Origin: a virus
DNA: 64,000 nt
IMG/VR virus record: IMGVR_UViG_3300009514_000005
Span: 32,001 to 96,000 of that record
Strand: one strand, 5' to 3'
Both the position numbers and the translations under genes were made by a program. Below, one piece after another: positions 36,101 through 45,851 of the stretch (position 1 is the first letter of the stretch; each line of letters opens with the position of its first letter). The notes under the pieces are model-generated. The model saw only the letters and a list, made by a program, of their open reading frames with translations. It ran no database searches and was not told the DNA's origin.

Positions 36101-39100
36101 TAAACAGCCTGTTGGATATCATCTGTCTCATCAACTGTGACCTCTTTTTCTGAAAGAACATGAATCTCACCGGCACCTTCAGAAGAAACTACAATCATGT
36201 TTCCAGCATACCCTTCATCGTCAACATTTGGTTTCTTAATGATATCTTCAGGTGTTCCACTGAATTGAAATTCACTTAATTTTATAGAAGCATCATCAAA
36301 CTTTAACGTTCCTGATTTTCCACCACTTGATGCACCCAAGAATATATTTGTTGTTGTTGATTTAGCTTGGAAAAATACTCTTTTTAACCCTGTAGTAGTG
36401 TGAGTTTGGGCATACAAATTTTCCCCAGGAGCAACATAAGACCCATCTCGAACAGCGATATGATGATCCATTGTTCCCGATAACGATATGGCATCTGATT
36501 CAGCCTTATAAAATTTTCCTGGTTCCGTTACAAAATCTTGCTCAATGAAACCACTGCCTCCACCATCTTGAACAACATTAACTTCGCCTGAAACTATAGT
36601 TACGCTAGAAGTGCCATTCTCTGTTTTGTTCCAACCAGTAAAATCAGTTGGGAAATCCCCATTAGTAAGTAATTCTGGCCCTAGGGCTGGGAATAATAAT
36701 TTTTGAGTTAAAATTCTTCCCAAACCATTGTGGGCAAAACTATTTTCAATTAATTTGTAAACACCAAAAACATCGGAACCATTTGATCCAAATTGGGTGG
36801 CAAAATATAAATTATTATCTGAAGAAGTGTTTGTAATTATGTGATTCGGAACGGGTGTTCCGGTGTCTGGAACATGAGTCCATACATGATAACCGTTATT
36901 AAATTCACATGAAAAAATAATTTCTGTTGCCGAAATTGCATAAATCGAATGCTTCATCTTGGCATAGTTTCTTCCAAGACTATGTTGGGTATTGTCCAGA
37001 CCTTCAGCGTAGAAAGAAAGGTATTGGCCAGTCCCAAGATGGGCGTCGTAATTAATTTCAAAATCAGAAATGGCTGGGGTAGTTGGGTTCCCCAAATCAA
37101 TCATATGAATATGTTTTGTCCTAGTCGCTGTAGAATTAACTATGGCAGTAGAACCATCATCTGCCTGAGTTGTCGTCCCTGACTGGACACTTAAAAATAA
37201 TTTTTTCAAACGGAGGTGTGCCCCCACTATTACCTGCCATTTTGTTTCGGCGTTGGTGTCTGGAAGAACTTGTTCTGTCGCCCAGTTATTCGCCAAGTTT
37301 TGATCCTTAGTATAAGCGTGTCTTAATCTTCTATTTCCAGCATCATTAGAGGAATAAACTACACTAACAAGATCATCTCCTGGTGTGTCTGGGTCATCAA
37401 TGGCCGATAATTTATATGGGGCAAAATTATGAACGTTAGTTAATTTTTGAGAAGTGGTTGTTGCCCCACTTTTAGGATTTTCTCTTCCTGCGAAGTTTGC
37501 CCCATCATCAGTTGACTTGTAGATGTCCATGGTTGATGAGGTAGTCAATGCGGCCAAATAGATGTTTCCGTTAGGGCTTCTTACAACTTGCAAGGCCGTT
37601 CTTGATTGACCTGCTGCTGGATCAGAAATAGTTCCAGCTCCATGGGCTGAGGAATCAGAAAGACTTAATGACAGTTCTTCATCTGCCGTAATAGTCCCAT
37701 AAACACCTCGAACCTCTCTATTCCCGCCACCATCTTTATGTACAAATCCAATAAAAACTTTTCCTGTATTATCAATATCTGCAACTGGACTATCTTTCAC
37801 ATAATCTGGTTGACCGACTCCATCATCCCAACCACCAACTAAAACTGTTGCCCACTTTTCATCTATTCTTCTTTCTGGGCCACTTCCAACTTTATAAGAG
37901 ACAGATAACATTGCCCCTGTTTTTTCAGAGACTTGAGCAAAAAGTTTATAGTTTCCATCCGGGGAAACAGCCATGTCTTTAAGGGTTACATCATTTGGAT
38001 TAAGAGCATCGACAAGAACTGGTTCAGACCAATTTTCCGTGTCGTCTAATGAATTTGGTTTGATATCAATGTTTGGATGCATTAAGAATTTTCTCTGATC
38101 CGCAACTAATACTGTGGCCGATGCTGGCTCACCAGCTCTTGTTGAGTTCGCTCCTGAAACACTGGAGATCTCACCGCTAGTTCCATTGATATAGAAAACA
38201 TCACCAAGAGTTAATCCGGAATAACCAGTAACCTCTGCACCTAAAATAAGATCAACCGAATCAAGAGCACTTCCAGAAACAGCTACAAAACCGCTGAAAA
38301 ATTCAGATCTATGATCAGGATTAACATAAGGAGTTAAAAATCCATCGTCTTGATATAGCGTTGAAGCATCATCAGTCGTATTGGTCCTAAATAAAAGAGG
38401 CTCAACGGTCATCCCAATGGGCCTTGTCGCGGCCCTGTGAAATGCAGCAGCCGTTAAATCAACAACACCGTAGCCAAGTTTTGGAAGAATAGAATTTGTC
38501 TCACTTGCCTTAAGAGAGAATGACCCGGAATCAATCGATATTTTAAATTTTTCCTCATCACTAACAATCGTGAAGACACCAGAACCAGTAGCAGCGTCCA
38601 TTTTGGTTTTAATATCACTAGCTAAATTTGTGAAAGGGTATGGATAATCGCCATTAGCGATCGTCAAAGGAAGGTCAGATCCACCTTGATTAAAAGTCAG
38701 TTTATTATTTGTATTATCAATTGTAATAATATTTTTTAGCTGGGGATATGCAGCATTTGGAGTTCCGAAGCTTTCGCCAAGTCTTAAGCCTCGAACAATG
38801 GTTACACCATCAATAGTCTGTAAAACAGTAACCTTAGTTTTTCCAACAGCAGTTTGCTCAACAGTGGCCCCAACAAAATCAATCTCTTTAACATCTCCAT
38901 CAATAAGAGATCCATTTTCTTTTACTGCAAGAGGATCTCCGCCTGCACCTCCCCCAAGGTTAAGAAAGGGCCTCCTGTCAATTAAGGACGCGATATTGGT
39001 AAGCGTTGTTATATCGCCAGAACCATTTGTTTCAAGGATTACAGTGAGTGCTTCCATGTTTGCAGCAGCAACACTAGGAAGATTATCGTCTTTTATAGCA

Positions 39101-40089
39101 TCAGCTTTGGTGCCATAAATAGATCCATAATTCACAAACACATTATCAATTGGGCTAATCGAAATCGTGGCTAACTGAAAAGAGTTTGGAGTACCTGAAA
39201 CTGAAGGAGTAGCAAAAGAATCATTACCAGAAACACCATGGGCCCCACCAATGGATCCAGAACTAAAACCTATAGTGGTGAGCTGATCATTGTTTACGCC
39301 ACCGTTATAATCCCCAGATGCATCTCGAGGAAATTTAGATGAAATAGTTGATGCGATATAAGTATAAACCCTTTTGCCTGCTCGAACTTTTTGAGAAGGA
39401 GTAAGAGTAACCCCAAAAGGATCGACTTGGCTTACAGCACCAAAAATTAGGTCATCCCATGGAAAAAAATCATCTAACTTTGTGAAAATGTCTGGAGGCA
39501 TTAAGCCCCCTTGAAGAGCATTCGCAAAAGGTGTTAGCCTTGGATAACTTGTGTCATCAAATCCGAAATCACCCTGCACAAGCGGAGTACCAGCACTGGA
39601 CGGTACGTCAACATGACCTACAACTATTAAGCTCGGATCATTATCAATATGAACCCCGTCAACTAATTGCATAAAAGATGAAGTTTCTTGACCGATTACA
39701 TAACTGACATCAAGAACAATATAGACTCTTTGCCCCTCAAGGCCCGTAGCATCTAAATGAGTCTCAGAATTTGGACCGGGAGGAATTGTAACCGCAGTCT
39801 GAAACCCATTTGTACCTTGGTGAACAGCAATGGAATAACCAGAAGACTCATCAAAATTTCCAGAAACATATCCGGGACCAAGAGCAGCGTTTATTTGACC
39901 AGAAACAAAACCAGGACCAACAATTATGTCACGATTAGAAAGACCACCTGGACTAATCTGAAATCCGGAATAAATACCCTTTCGAGTAATTCCAAAACCC
40001 TTTCGGTTTAGCCCGGTGGAAACATACGGCTCTTTCCATCGCATTTTTACATATTCATTATCGACCGCTGCCTGATTAAATATTGACAC
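33130..40089 (-). CDS. Giant tail fibre / receptor-binding protein with three BNR (Asp-box) propeller modules and a CBM-like domain
   Basis: 2319 aa. Asp-boxes KSTDDGANF, VSEDDGVTF, SSDSGASW, YTNDDAVTW. ELLTNGDF...W CBM-like insert. Position after baseplate. Confidence 0.75.
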   Translation of the reverse strand: MSIFNQAAVDNEYVKMRWKEPYVSTGLNRKGFGITRKGIYSGFQISPGGLSNRDIIVGPGFVSGQINAALGPGYVSGNFDESSGYSIAVHQGTNGFQTAVTIPPGPNSETHLDATGLEGQRVYIVLDVSYVIGQETSSFMQLVDGVHIDNDPSLIVVGHVDVPSSAGTPLVQGDFGFDDTSYPRLTPFANALQGGLMPPDIFTKLDDFFPWDDLIFGAVSQVDPFGVTLTPSQKVRAGKRVYTYIASTISSKFPRDASGDYNGGVNNDQLTTIGFSSGSIGGAHGVSGNDSFATPSVSGTPNSFQLATISISPIDNVFVNYGSIYGTKADAIKDDNLPSVAAANMEALTVILETNGSGDITTLTNIASLIDRRPFLNLGGGAGGDPLAVKENGSLIDGDVKEIDFVGATVEQTAVGKTKVTVLQTIDGVTIVRGLRLGESFGTPNAAYPQLKNIITIDNTNNKLTFNQGGSDLPLTIANGDYPYPFTNLASDIKTKMDAATGSGVFTIVSDEEKFKISIDSGSFSLKASETNSILPKLGYGVVDLTAAAFHRAATRPIGMTVEPLLFRTNTTDDASTLYQDDGFLTPYVNPDHRSEFFSGFVAVSGSALDSVDLILGAEVTGYSGLTLGDVFYINGTSGEISSVSGANSTRAGEPASATVLVADQRKFLMHPNIDIKPNSLDDTENWSEPVLVDALNPNDVTLKDMAVSPDGNYKLFAQVSEKTGAMLSVSYKVGSGPERRIDEKWATVLVGGWDDGVGQPDYVKDSPVADIDNTGKVFIGFVHKDGGGNREVRGVYGTITADEELSLSLSDSSAHGAGTISDPAAGQSRTALQVVRSPNGNIYLAALTTSSTMDIYKSTDDGANFAGRENPKSGATTTSQKLTNVHNFAPYKLSAIDDPDTPGDDLVSVVYSSNDAGNRRLRHAYTKDQNLANNWATEQVLPDTNAETKWQVIVGAHLRLKKLFLSVQSGTTTQADDGSTAIVNSTATRTKHIHMIDLGNPTTPAISDFEINYDAHLGTGQYLSFYAEGLDNTQHSLGRNYAKMKHSIYAISATEIIFSCEFNNGYHVWTHVPDTGTPVPNHIITNTSSDNNLYFATQFGSNGSDVFGVYKLIENSFAHNGLGRILTQKLLFPALGPELLTNGDFPTDFTGWNKTENGTSSVTIVSGEVNVVQDGGGSGFIEQDFVTEPGKFYKAESDAISLSGTMDHHIAVRDGSYVAPGENLYAQTHTTTGLKRVFFQAKSTTTNIFLGASSGGKSGTLKFDDASIKLSEFQFSGTPEDIIKKPNVDDEGYAGNMIVVSSEGAGEIHVLSEKEVTVDETDDIQQAVYNNYGLRTELFANTWKKQPKQTRNKTADEPAWDVRFDPDFPLFGVRVGIVGPTTDASYEFETTVDGGDNWFPGTSPDWFTVGTSHTASDQYWYTVPPRVRIKNKKVVIWFHKNDASTPRMQAAYGTLLDTGSLTLSESNTGSSLHAGNVFTNHPVSWVEDTLNSRIYAVFVESISNNIVIVVSEDDGVTFSNKPGGAAGTSSSVKDGATAAVAQSDAPISLIVTEDPDVAGATRLGVTSTEAVGSYNLKHHWIDAVDFSGNWETALSVSDIGTSTVRDFIFRVKLSDNGSKLAVVSATEAVNPGYLYLTIITLNTPTPSVGGAPVNIRTSWHETLNGIDYYNGNTSAATNGSFHRRFINNMIWTSTQSIGFPHSQVNGGVDAAALHWIKVWDVSNIAASFDYTVVKVGDASNRFTESWVESVGGVTWLGWIHKNTAPVSWLANGQAKVVRLYDTTPTASNDPIFDAEETDIANKPSFTNFLGHPIVQSFSDRLYTTFEKEDSTTGFDEVVVNSYTEREFNPTNEQFFEVPPKVWDKATDAEVWHWDENDNYVVTIAERATEARYYVTLYNKSTGVTTDVYNFGQTSAVTDYHVYGPKITIDSSNKVVAAYPNYDGANWRIDVNYGTIDAGGNLSMTGVIAIPDAGQDYTAVELVQRGTKHFIFAINVTTAKGYTTVSSDSGASWSTPAVVKTGGTDAALLSTSPYIFHVGDNGAAGDRMMIIGCDNGPSPTAMHMWYTNDDAVTWQTRIQIANANSTLQDVPIGYAVNGNKIAVVSYNDAVITQINLSTCSDLTVATPVFTAIADIGDGVNQIDKFAGHSSSSGTQRFGRRSLHKIIWTSATSLYVIYDRQGADGYPDQVVAKIPDISTPLTGKTVTTLFDGASPNLFYQESQGLKSPNGDVFSITKQGDSSGASNLTKGRILGVQLHDATPQASNPPTAGEVIDYNFKPDVITGGPAMRVQVQPGKGFMNEKDDGGSVESLYYQNTQAK

Positions 40090-40146
40090 GATTCACCCCT
40101 ACGTCCTTGTTTAAGCTCCTCCTACCTTCCAATCTCAAAAGCGAAA

Positions 40147-40659
40147 TTAGAAGTTAACGGATACTAGGTGATTCAGAGTCTTTGAATCCAGCTTAGTCTC
40201 GCCAGGGAAAGTTCCATAAGCGACCATTACATCTTGAGGATCAAAAATTCCTAACTCAAAAAATATAGGAGCTTCCCCGCCAAGAGATGAACTATTTTTT
40301 GGACCGTCTGCACCGGCTCCAGTGTCAGGCTCATTAGCGATTACACCATTTGCTTCGGTGAGATCCAAGAAAGCCCTAAACTGAATCGTTGCCGGACCAA
40401 TGAAAAGAACATCAGCGGTTTCGAAAGTTTTTCTGTAATAAAAAATTCCACTAGTTTCAGCCTGAACCTCCGTTAAGGCTGGGTCAGGAGTTACCGGCTC
40501 GAGGCCACCTGAGACTCCAGTATCCGCAAAGGCCCCAGTTCCAATATGGAAATATTGCCCCCATGAATGTAGATATCCAGTACCTGTTACGGCACCAAAA
40601 GATTTTGCTAATGCAGCTCTACCGCCGTTTGTTACTACGGCTTGAATGACGTTTGCCAT
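40147..40659 (-). CDS. Tail fibre/collar attachment protein (P2 gpH N-terminal-like)
   Basis: AVVTNGGRAALAK, FHIGTG, FFELGIFD...MVAYGTFP..TK. Confidence 0.7.
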   Translation of the reverse strand: MANVIQAVVTNGGRAALAKSFGAVTGTGYLHSWGQYFHIGTGAFADTGVSGGLEPVTPDPALTEVQAETSGIFYYRKTFETADVLFIGPATIQFRAFLDLTEANGVIANEPDTGAGADGPKNSSSLGGEAPIFFELGIFDPQDVMVAYGTFPGETKLDSKTLNHLVSVNF

Positions 40660-40753
40660 CGTTACTCCTCCCTGTGAGTTTGATCTTCCATGTTACCCTT
40701 AATTTACACTCGGATGACGTACAAAGTTTACCAGCGTTAATTTCACAAGTCTA

Positions 40754-43402
40754 CTATGTTGCTGTCCCTTCAGCAGTTCCTCCGCCATCCAATGCAATTG
40801 TGTCACTTATAGTTATATCAAAATTTGGTAGAGGATCTCCCAAAAGTCCACCACCTTCTTCACTTATAATACTAATGCTTGGTGCTCCACTAACACTCGT
40901 AGTCAAAACTTCGTTGATATTGGAGACTGTGCCGATAGAAAGGCTGATCGGAATAATAACCGCTCCAGCATTCCCATCTTCAAATTCAACCAATATTGGA
41001 GCATCAGCCGACATGAGAGAAGTCTCTTGGGCTTCAGCATCCGAATTGGTTCCTATATTAATTCCTTCTAGTAAATCTCCTTCTCCATCAATATCAATAT
41101 TAATTCCAATACTCGCATCAACAGAAAGCTCGGCGTCAACGGGCTCAATAGTAGCCAAGCCAGAAATTCCAGAATCAACTCCAGCCTGCTCTCCGACTAC
41201 CAAAGTCAAATAAGGATCAACATTAACCGGGATCTCCATCTGCCCTTCGATATCTACATCGAACTGAGCTGTGAGATTTAAGTTAGCGTCAAGCTCACCG
41301 TCAATTTTAACAATTGATGAGCTATTAGATGCGTTCGGAGTAGCCTCAAGATCTTCATCAAGCTCGTCAATAGAAGCGGTTTCGTTAACTGCAACCGGAA
41401 TAATTACTGAAGCGATTGCATCTATATCTATTTGAGCAGTCAAATTGAGGTCTGCGTCCAAGACTCCGTCAACCTTTTCTAAAGTAGACGTATTTAAAGC
41501 TGCAACTTCGATTTCATTGATTTCATTTATCTTATCAATTGTTGAAGTCTTGCTGACTGAAACCGGAATAATTACCGAAGCTATTGTGTCTAGATCAATT
41601 TGAACAGTTAGATTGAGATCAGCATCTAAAATTCCATCAACTTTCTCTAAAGTAGAAGCGTTTGAAGCTACAATTTGAATTCCTATAATTTCTTCAATTT
41701 CATCGACTGAAGATGTTTTTCCGATTGAAACCTGAATAGCAGCTTCACCCTCGCCATCAATCTCTATTGCGGCGGTCACATTAATATCGGCATCCATGAT
41801 GGCATCTACCGGCTCAATCTCTGCTTCACTAAAGACATCAACCGGAATGTTTATCTCGTCACCGACAATAATCTGAGATGCCAGAGAAAGATCCTGATCG
41901 TAATTCTGATGTTCGTTTATCTCTGTTGAAATATTTTGATCAGCGTCAATATCGGATTCGGTTTCTCCATTCATCTCGTCAAAAGAGAAAGATTTAAACA
42001 CCGATACAGGAATAACCACGGTTCCTTCAATGTCTTCTATTTCAAATAATGTCGTCACATCAAGGCTTGTATTCATCAAGCCTTCAACTTGTGACAGGAA
42101 TGGATCAACCGTTACATTTAAAGATGCATCGAGAAAAGCATCAACTGATTCAACGGTAACCACTTCGCCTATAACCGGAGGAACCTCTGTTTGTTCTTCA
42201 ATAGTCTGAACTTCAGAACCAATAGTCAGCTCAGCAGTTTGATCAGCTTTTACGGTAAGTTCTTCAATTCCAAATGAAATTCCAGGAGGGCTATTATGAA
42301 CCTCAATGATAATTTCTTCCGTATCTTCTTCGATGAAATCAATCGTAAAAGTCTCACCAACGATAGGGCTAAGCACTATTCCGCCTAAAGGAACAATTCC
42401 AGCGCTTAAGCTAAGGCCAGCACCCATGGCGAGTTCTTCATCATATTCACAATCAATTTCTGCCCCGCAAACGACCACGAATTCATTAACGGAATAACCA
42501 ACCGAAGCTCCGAATCCAGAGAAGACAACAATGCCATCTTTTTCATCAAGCGGCGTAACATCGGCCTCAACAATATCGAATCGATTAAATTCATTGAAAT
42601 TGTATTCCTCTATTTCTTCATTAATAATAATGGTTACATTCTCGCCAACATCGACTGGAATTTCGACAAGAAGCTGAGGTGGTCTCAATTCATGATGAAT
42701 GCCAACAACATCAAAAATTTTATCGACAATAAGATCAAACAAAACATTAAAATCAATCCCAGACTCTCTTGGTTCAATAACTTGAAACTGAACTCTAATA
42801 TAAGATGATTTAGCAAACTCATTAGTTTCAGACAGAGGAAGCCCAGGGAAAGATCCTGGCGGCACATCCACATGAAATATAGGAACGGCTCTTGTGTCGG
42901 CTCTTTTTGGTTTTAAATAAAAATGATTTCTAAATGGAATGAATGGCCTAAATTGTAAATCGGCTCTCCAAAAATTAGTTACAAATACATTAAATCCAGA
43001 TGCAAGACCTCTTACGGAATAACCCTTAACGGTTGATTTAATTTGAAGCCACTGAGATGCGTTTCCAACCAATAATCTCTGAAGAGATTCAGGCTCATTC
43101 TTATCAACATTTAACCCGAATGTTCTTCCCAAAAGGATTAATAAATCTTGCCGAGCCCTATCAGAATCAATGATAGTTTCCATGTCATCAATTTCAACGC
43201 GGCGATTGTTAATTAAATGAGAGTAGGTTTTTAAAACCTTAAGGAGGGGATCTTTATCGTTATCTTTGGTTGTCTCGCCAGGATCTAGCGAAAGGCTTTC
43301 ATCAAAGTATTCCTCTGGAAACAGCTCAATAAGCAGATCTCTACCGACATCCGATTTGCCAAAAGGGCCTTTTCCAAAAGTAGATCGACCAAATCCCGCC
43401 AA
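40754..43402 (-). CDS. Baseplate wedge protein (P2 gpI-like N-terminus) with long acidic 56-aa-repeat extension
   Basis: LLILLGRTFGL...QRLLV.NA..WLQIKST..G..VRG N-terminus, D/E/I/V-rich repetitive C-terminus. Confidence 0.7.
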   Translation of the reverse strand: MAGFGRSTFGKGPFGKSDVGRDLLIELFPEEYFDESLSLDPGETTKDNDKDPLLKVLKTYSHLINNRRVEIDDMETIIDSDRARQDLLILLGRTFGLNVDKNEPESLQRLLVGNASQWLQIKSTVKGYSVRGLASGFNVFVTNFWRADLQFRPFIPFRNHFYLKPKRADTRAVPIFHVDVPPGSFPGLPLSETNEFAKSSYIRVQFQVIEPRESGIDFNVLFDLIVDKIFDVVGIHHELRPPQLLVEIPVDVGENVTIIINEEIEEYNFNEFNRFDIVEADVTPLDEKDGIVVFSGFGASVGYSVNEFVVVCGAEIDCEYDEELAMGAGLSLSAGIVPLGGIVLSPIVGETFTIDFIEEDTEEIIIEVHNSPPGISFGIEELTVKADQTAELTIGSEVQTIEEQTEVPPVIGEVVTVESVDAFLDASLNVTVDPFLSQVEGLMNTSLDVTTLFEIEDIEGTVVIPVSVFKSFSFDEMNGETESDIDADQNISTEINEHQNYDQDLSLASQIIVGDEINIPVDVFSEAEIEPVDAIMDADINVTAAIEIDGEGEAAIQVSIGKTSSVDEIEEIIGIQIVASNASTLEKVDGILDADLNLTVQIDLDTIASVIIPVSVSKTSTIDKINEINEIEVAALNTSTLEKVDGVLDADLNLTAQIDIDAIASVIIPVAVNETASIDELDEDLEATPNASNSSSIVKIDGELDANLNLTAQFDVDIEGQMEIPVNVDPYLTLVVGEQAGVDSGISGLATIEPVDAELSVDASIGINIDIDGEGDLLEGINIGTNSDAEAQETSLMSADAPILVEFEDGNAGAVIIPISLSIGTVSNINEVLTTSVSGAPSISIISEEGGGLLGDPLPNFDITISDTIALDGGGTAEGTAT
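41200..41830. repeat. Degenerate 168-bp (56-aa) tandem repeats
   Basis: EKVDG(I/V)LDADLNLT.QID.D.IASVIIPV units, AAAGTAGA anchor at 41481 and 41649. Confidence 0.75.
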
Positions 43403-43412
43403 TCAATCCTCC

Positions 43413-43871
43413 TTAAGTGAATATTTGGGGAAAGTTGGCGTAGAATTTATTATTCTTTGAAAATCCTACGGTAAACAAACCATCCCTGGCGTCAAGCTTG
43501 CTTTTTGATATTTCAAATTTTCCAGCGAGTACGTTTCCAGTAGAAGTTCTTGGGATTGTTATGATAACCCGATCACCGTCAAATAAATCCATAAACCTAT
43601 TCTGACCGTCTGGGCCAAAGGAAATATTCAAAAAGAATCCTGACCCAAGAATTGGAACCTGAAAATCATCATCCCAAGTTAATCTTCCATAATTAGGACC
43701 ATAAAAAAATTGCCAAGCAATATTATTGGCCGGGATAAGAATGTTGGCGCATGAAGCCTGAAGGGCAAACGTAGATGCATCAACTCGATTTATAAAATCA
43801 CTATGATCATCAAACCAAGGATCAGTATCCTCTTCAGGGAATCCCCATTTATAATGCGTTGATTCTGGCAT
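43413..43871 (-). CDS. Baseplate- or fibre-associated structural protein
   Basis: N-terminal W.FP...DPW....N..D motif common to fibre heads, position in baseplate cluster. Confidence 0.5.
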   Translation of the reverse strand: MPESTHYKWGFPEEDTDPWFDDHSDFINRVDASTFALQASCANILIPANNIAWQFFYGPNYGRLTWDDDFQVPILGSGFFLNISFGPDGQNRFMDLFDGDRVIITIPRTSTGNVLAGKFEISKSKLDARDGLFTVGFSKNNKFYANFPQIFT

Positions 43872-43880
43872 TTCTCACTC

Positions 43881-45851
43881 CTATGAAGTCTCAGCTAAAA
43901 CCCCTGTAACCACTAAAAATCTTTCTTTTATTACTATAGTTACAATCTTATGTTGAATTATTTCCTGATCAGTAATAATAAGATTTCCGTCCTCGTCCAA
44001 CCTATCAAGAGGCGATGTTATTTCCGCATTCACATATCTAATATCTCCAGCGGAATTGGCATCTCTAACAGCGTTACATAGATCGTAAAGATATAAACTA
44101 TTTCCAGCGGATCTTCTGACAAGAAGCCCAAATGGATCAACAGTTCCTGTTAGAGCATTATTTGTTCTGGAAAGCACATCTTCTTCTTTGGCTGTTGAAT
44201 TTATTCCAATCTCTATTCTGATATTTGGCTCAACCAAATTAGGAGTTCCGTCCACGGTATTAACGGTAACTACAGCATCAGCTATCTTTTGCAACGTGTC
44301 CTCAGCATCTTGAAGAGTTTGGCTAGTTGGAGAAATATATTTATTATTTTGATCAACCGATAGAATCACAACCTGAACATTATTTGCTTTACTTGTATCA
44401 GACATTGTTTGGGATAAGTAATCATGGAGCCCAGAAACACTTGTATCGATTAAAAGATTTCCGGCGTCAGCATTTTCCTTAATAGCCACATTATCTTCGC
44501 AATCAACAAAATCGGTTCCGCTCACGCCAAGAGAAGGAATCCCTGATACAATTAGTCCACCTTGTCCAATCACTTGGAGCCCTGGGATACCGGAAACCCC
44601 AAGAAACCCTATCCCGGTTACATTTCCGCCATTGCATCCCAAAAACTGAGTCCCGCTAACACCTAGGTTGCTTTGACCGTCTACAGCCAGTCCACCCTGT
44701 CCCCCAACGTTTAGGCTTCCGGTACCGGAAACGCCAAGGAAATTGACTCCGCTTACTCCTGTGGCCAAAATTCCACTAACAGCATTATCTACAAGCTCCT
44801 GACCTCCACTGATACTATTAAAGAAAGCCTGAATTGTGAGATCATCATCAATACCTCTCATGATTTGAGCGTCTGCTAAGGTTACACCATTTTGAAGTTC
44901 AGCTATTGTGTCATAATCTTCTTTAACCACTGCGGCATTTTGTGTTCTAAAAAAGGCAGAAGCAAATGTTTTCACCCTTCTAATATCTTCTGGATCTGAC
45001 CCGACAACGGACGCCTCGTTCGTGACTGTCATCCCTATGGTTTGACCATTCACAACGAGCTGATCTACTGGTCCCGAGATTTGATTAGACCCAATGGCCC
45101 CCTGCAATCCTCTTCCGTACCTATAACTCAAGACAATGTTTGAATTTTCAGGAGGAATATTTCCGGTGATTCCATCACCAAATCTAAGCTTTGGTGGATC
45201 ATCAACAAAAATAACTTCATAAATATCTAAAAATTCGAAAGTAAGAATATCCTCCCTGGACCAAAGGTTTCCATCAACCGTGACGGATAAATCATCAGAG
45301 TATATAAATCTTTCTTCAGGAATTCCGATAATACTAAATTGTTGATTTTTGCTTTGATCAGAAACCCACGAAAGCTGTCTACTTTCTCCTTCTTTAAGAG
45401 TAACGCTTAGGGTCGTTTCTCCAACATTAAGCTTAGCTGGAACATCTCCGCGATACTCATAAATGATGTCTCCAGATCCTTGGAATTGAAATCCAACGGG
45501 AATCTCAATCGGAAATACATACGGAGCGTCATCAAAAGTTAAAACAGCAGAAAGAGAAGCTGGCCTGGCTGGCTCAATTGGCTTACCAAGCATTCTCGCA
45601 AGCTTTACGATGCTTTTATTTAGCCTGGCAGTATCTAAAAAATATTCACTAGCCCTTCTGTTAACCAAAAAAGCAAGAGCTTGCATTCCAAAAGCAAGCT
45701 GATCCATCATGGCATTACCAAGCTCTGTGTTTAAAAGATTATTGAAATCATCAGGATAGTTGGTTTGAAAAAAATCATTAGCCTCACTGCGAAATGTGGC
45801 AAAATCTTCAGCTATAAATTTGACTCTATTGAGTTCGTCTACGAGTGCCAT
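43881..45851 (-). CDS. Baseplate J / T4 gp6-like wedge protein with Gly-rich VSG-repeat insertion
   Basis: DFATFRSE...DRRASEYFLDTAR...LARMLG, LRFGDGITGNIP, RNAAV..EDY-type motif, insertion at about 44430-44800. Confidence 0.85.
   Translation of the reverse strand: MALVDELNRVKFIAEDFATFRSEANDFFQTNYPDDFNNLLNTELGNAMMDQLAFGMQALAFLVNRRASEYFLDTARLNKSIVKLARMLGKPIEPARPASLSAVLTFDDAPYVFPIEIPVGFQFQGSGDIIYEYRGDVPAKLNVGETTLSVTLKEGESRQLSWVSDQSKNQQFSIIGIPEERFIYSDDLSVTVDGNLWSREDILTFEFLDIYEVIFVDDPPKLRFGDGITGNIPPENSNIVLSYRYGRGLQGAIGSNQISGPVDQLVVNGQTIGMTVTNEASVVGSDPEDIRRVKTFASAFFRTQNAAVVKEDYDTIAELQNGVTLADAQIMRGIDDDLTIQAFFNSISGGQELVDNAVSGILATGVSGVNFLGVSGTGSLNVGGQGGLAVDGQSNLGVSGTQFLGCNGGNVTGIGFLGVSGIPGLQVIGQGGLIVSGIPSLGVSGTDFVDCEDNVAIKENADAGNLLIDTSVSGLHDYLSQTMSDTSKANNVQVVILSVDQNNKYISPTSQTLQDAEDTLQKIADAVVTVNTVDGTPNLVEPNIRIEIGINSTAKEEDVLSRTNNALTGTVDPFGLLVRRSAGNSLYLYDLCNAVRDANSAGDIRYVNAEITSPLDRLDEDGNLIITDQEIIQHKIVTIVIKERFLVVTGVLAETS

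Noticed and set aside
33130-40089. Diversity-generating retroelement target in the fibre
   Set aside because: No reverse transcriptase and no near-identical TR/VR pair differing at adenines was seen.
40653-41213. Long plus-strand ORFs such as 40653-41213, 50182-50670 and 50746-51405
   Set aside because: Antisense shadows of low-complexity structural genes, with no SD or recognisable motifs.
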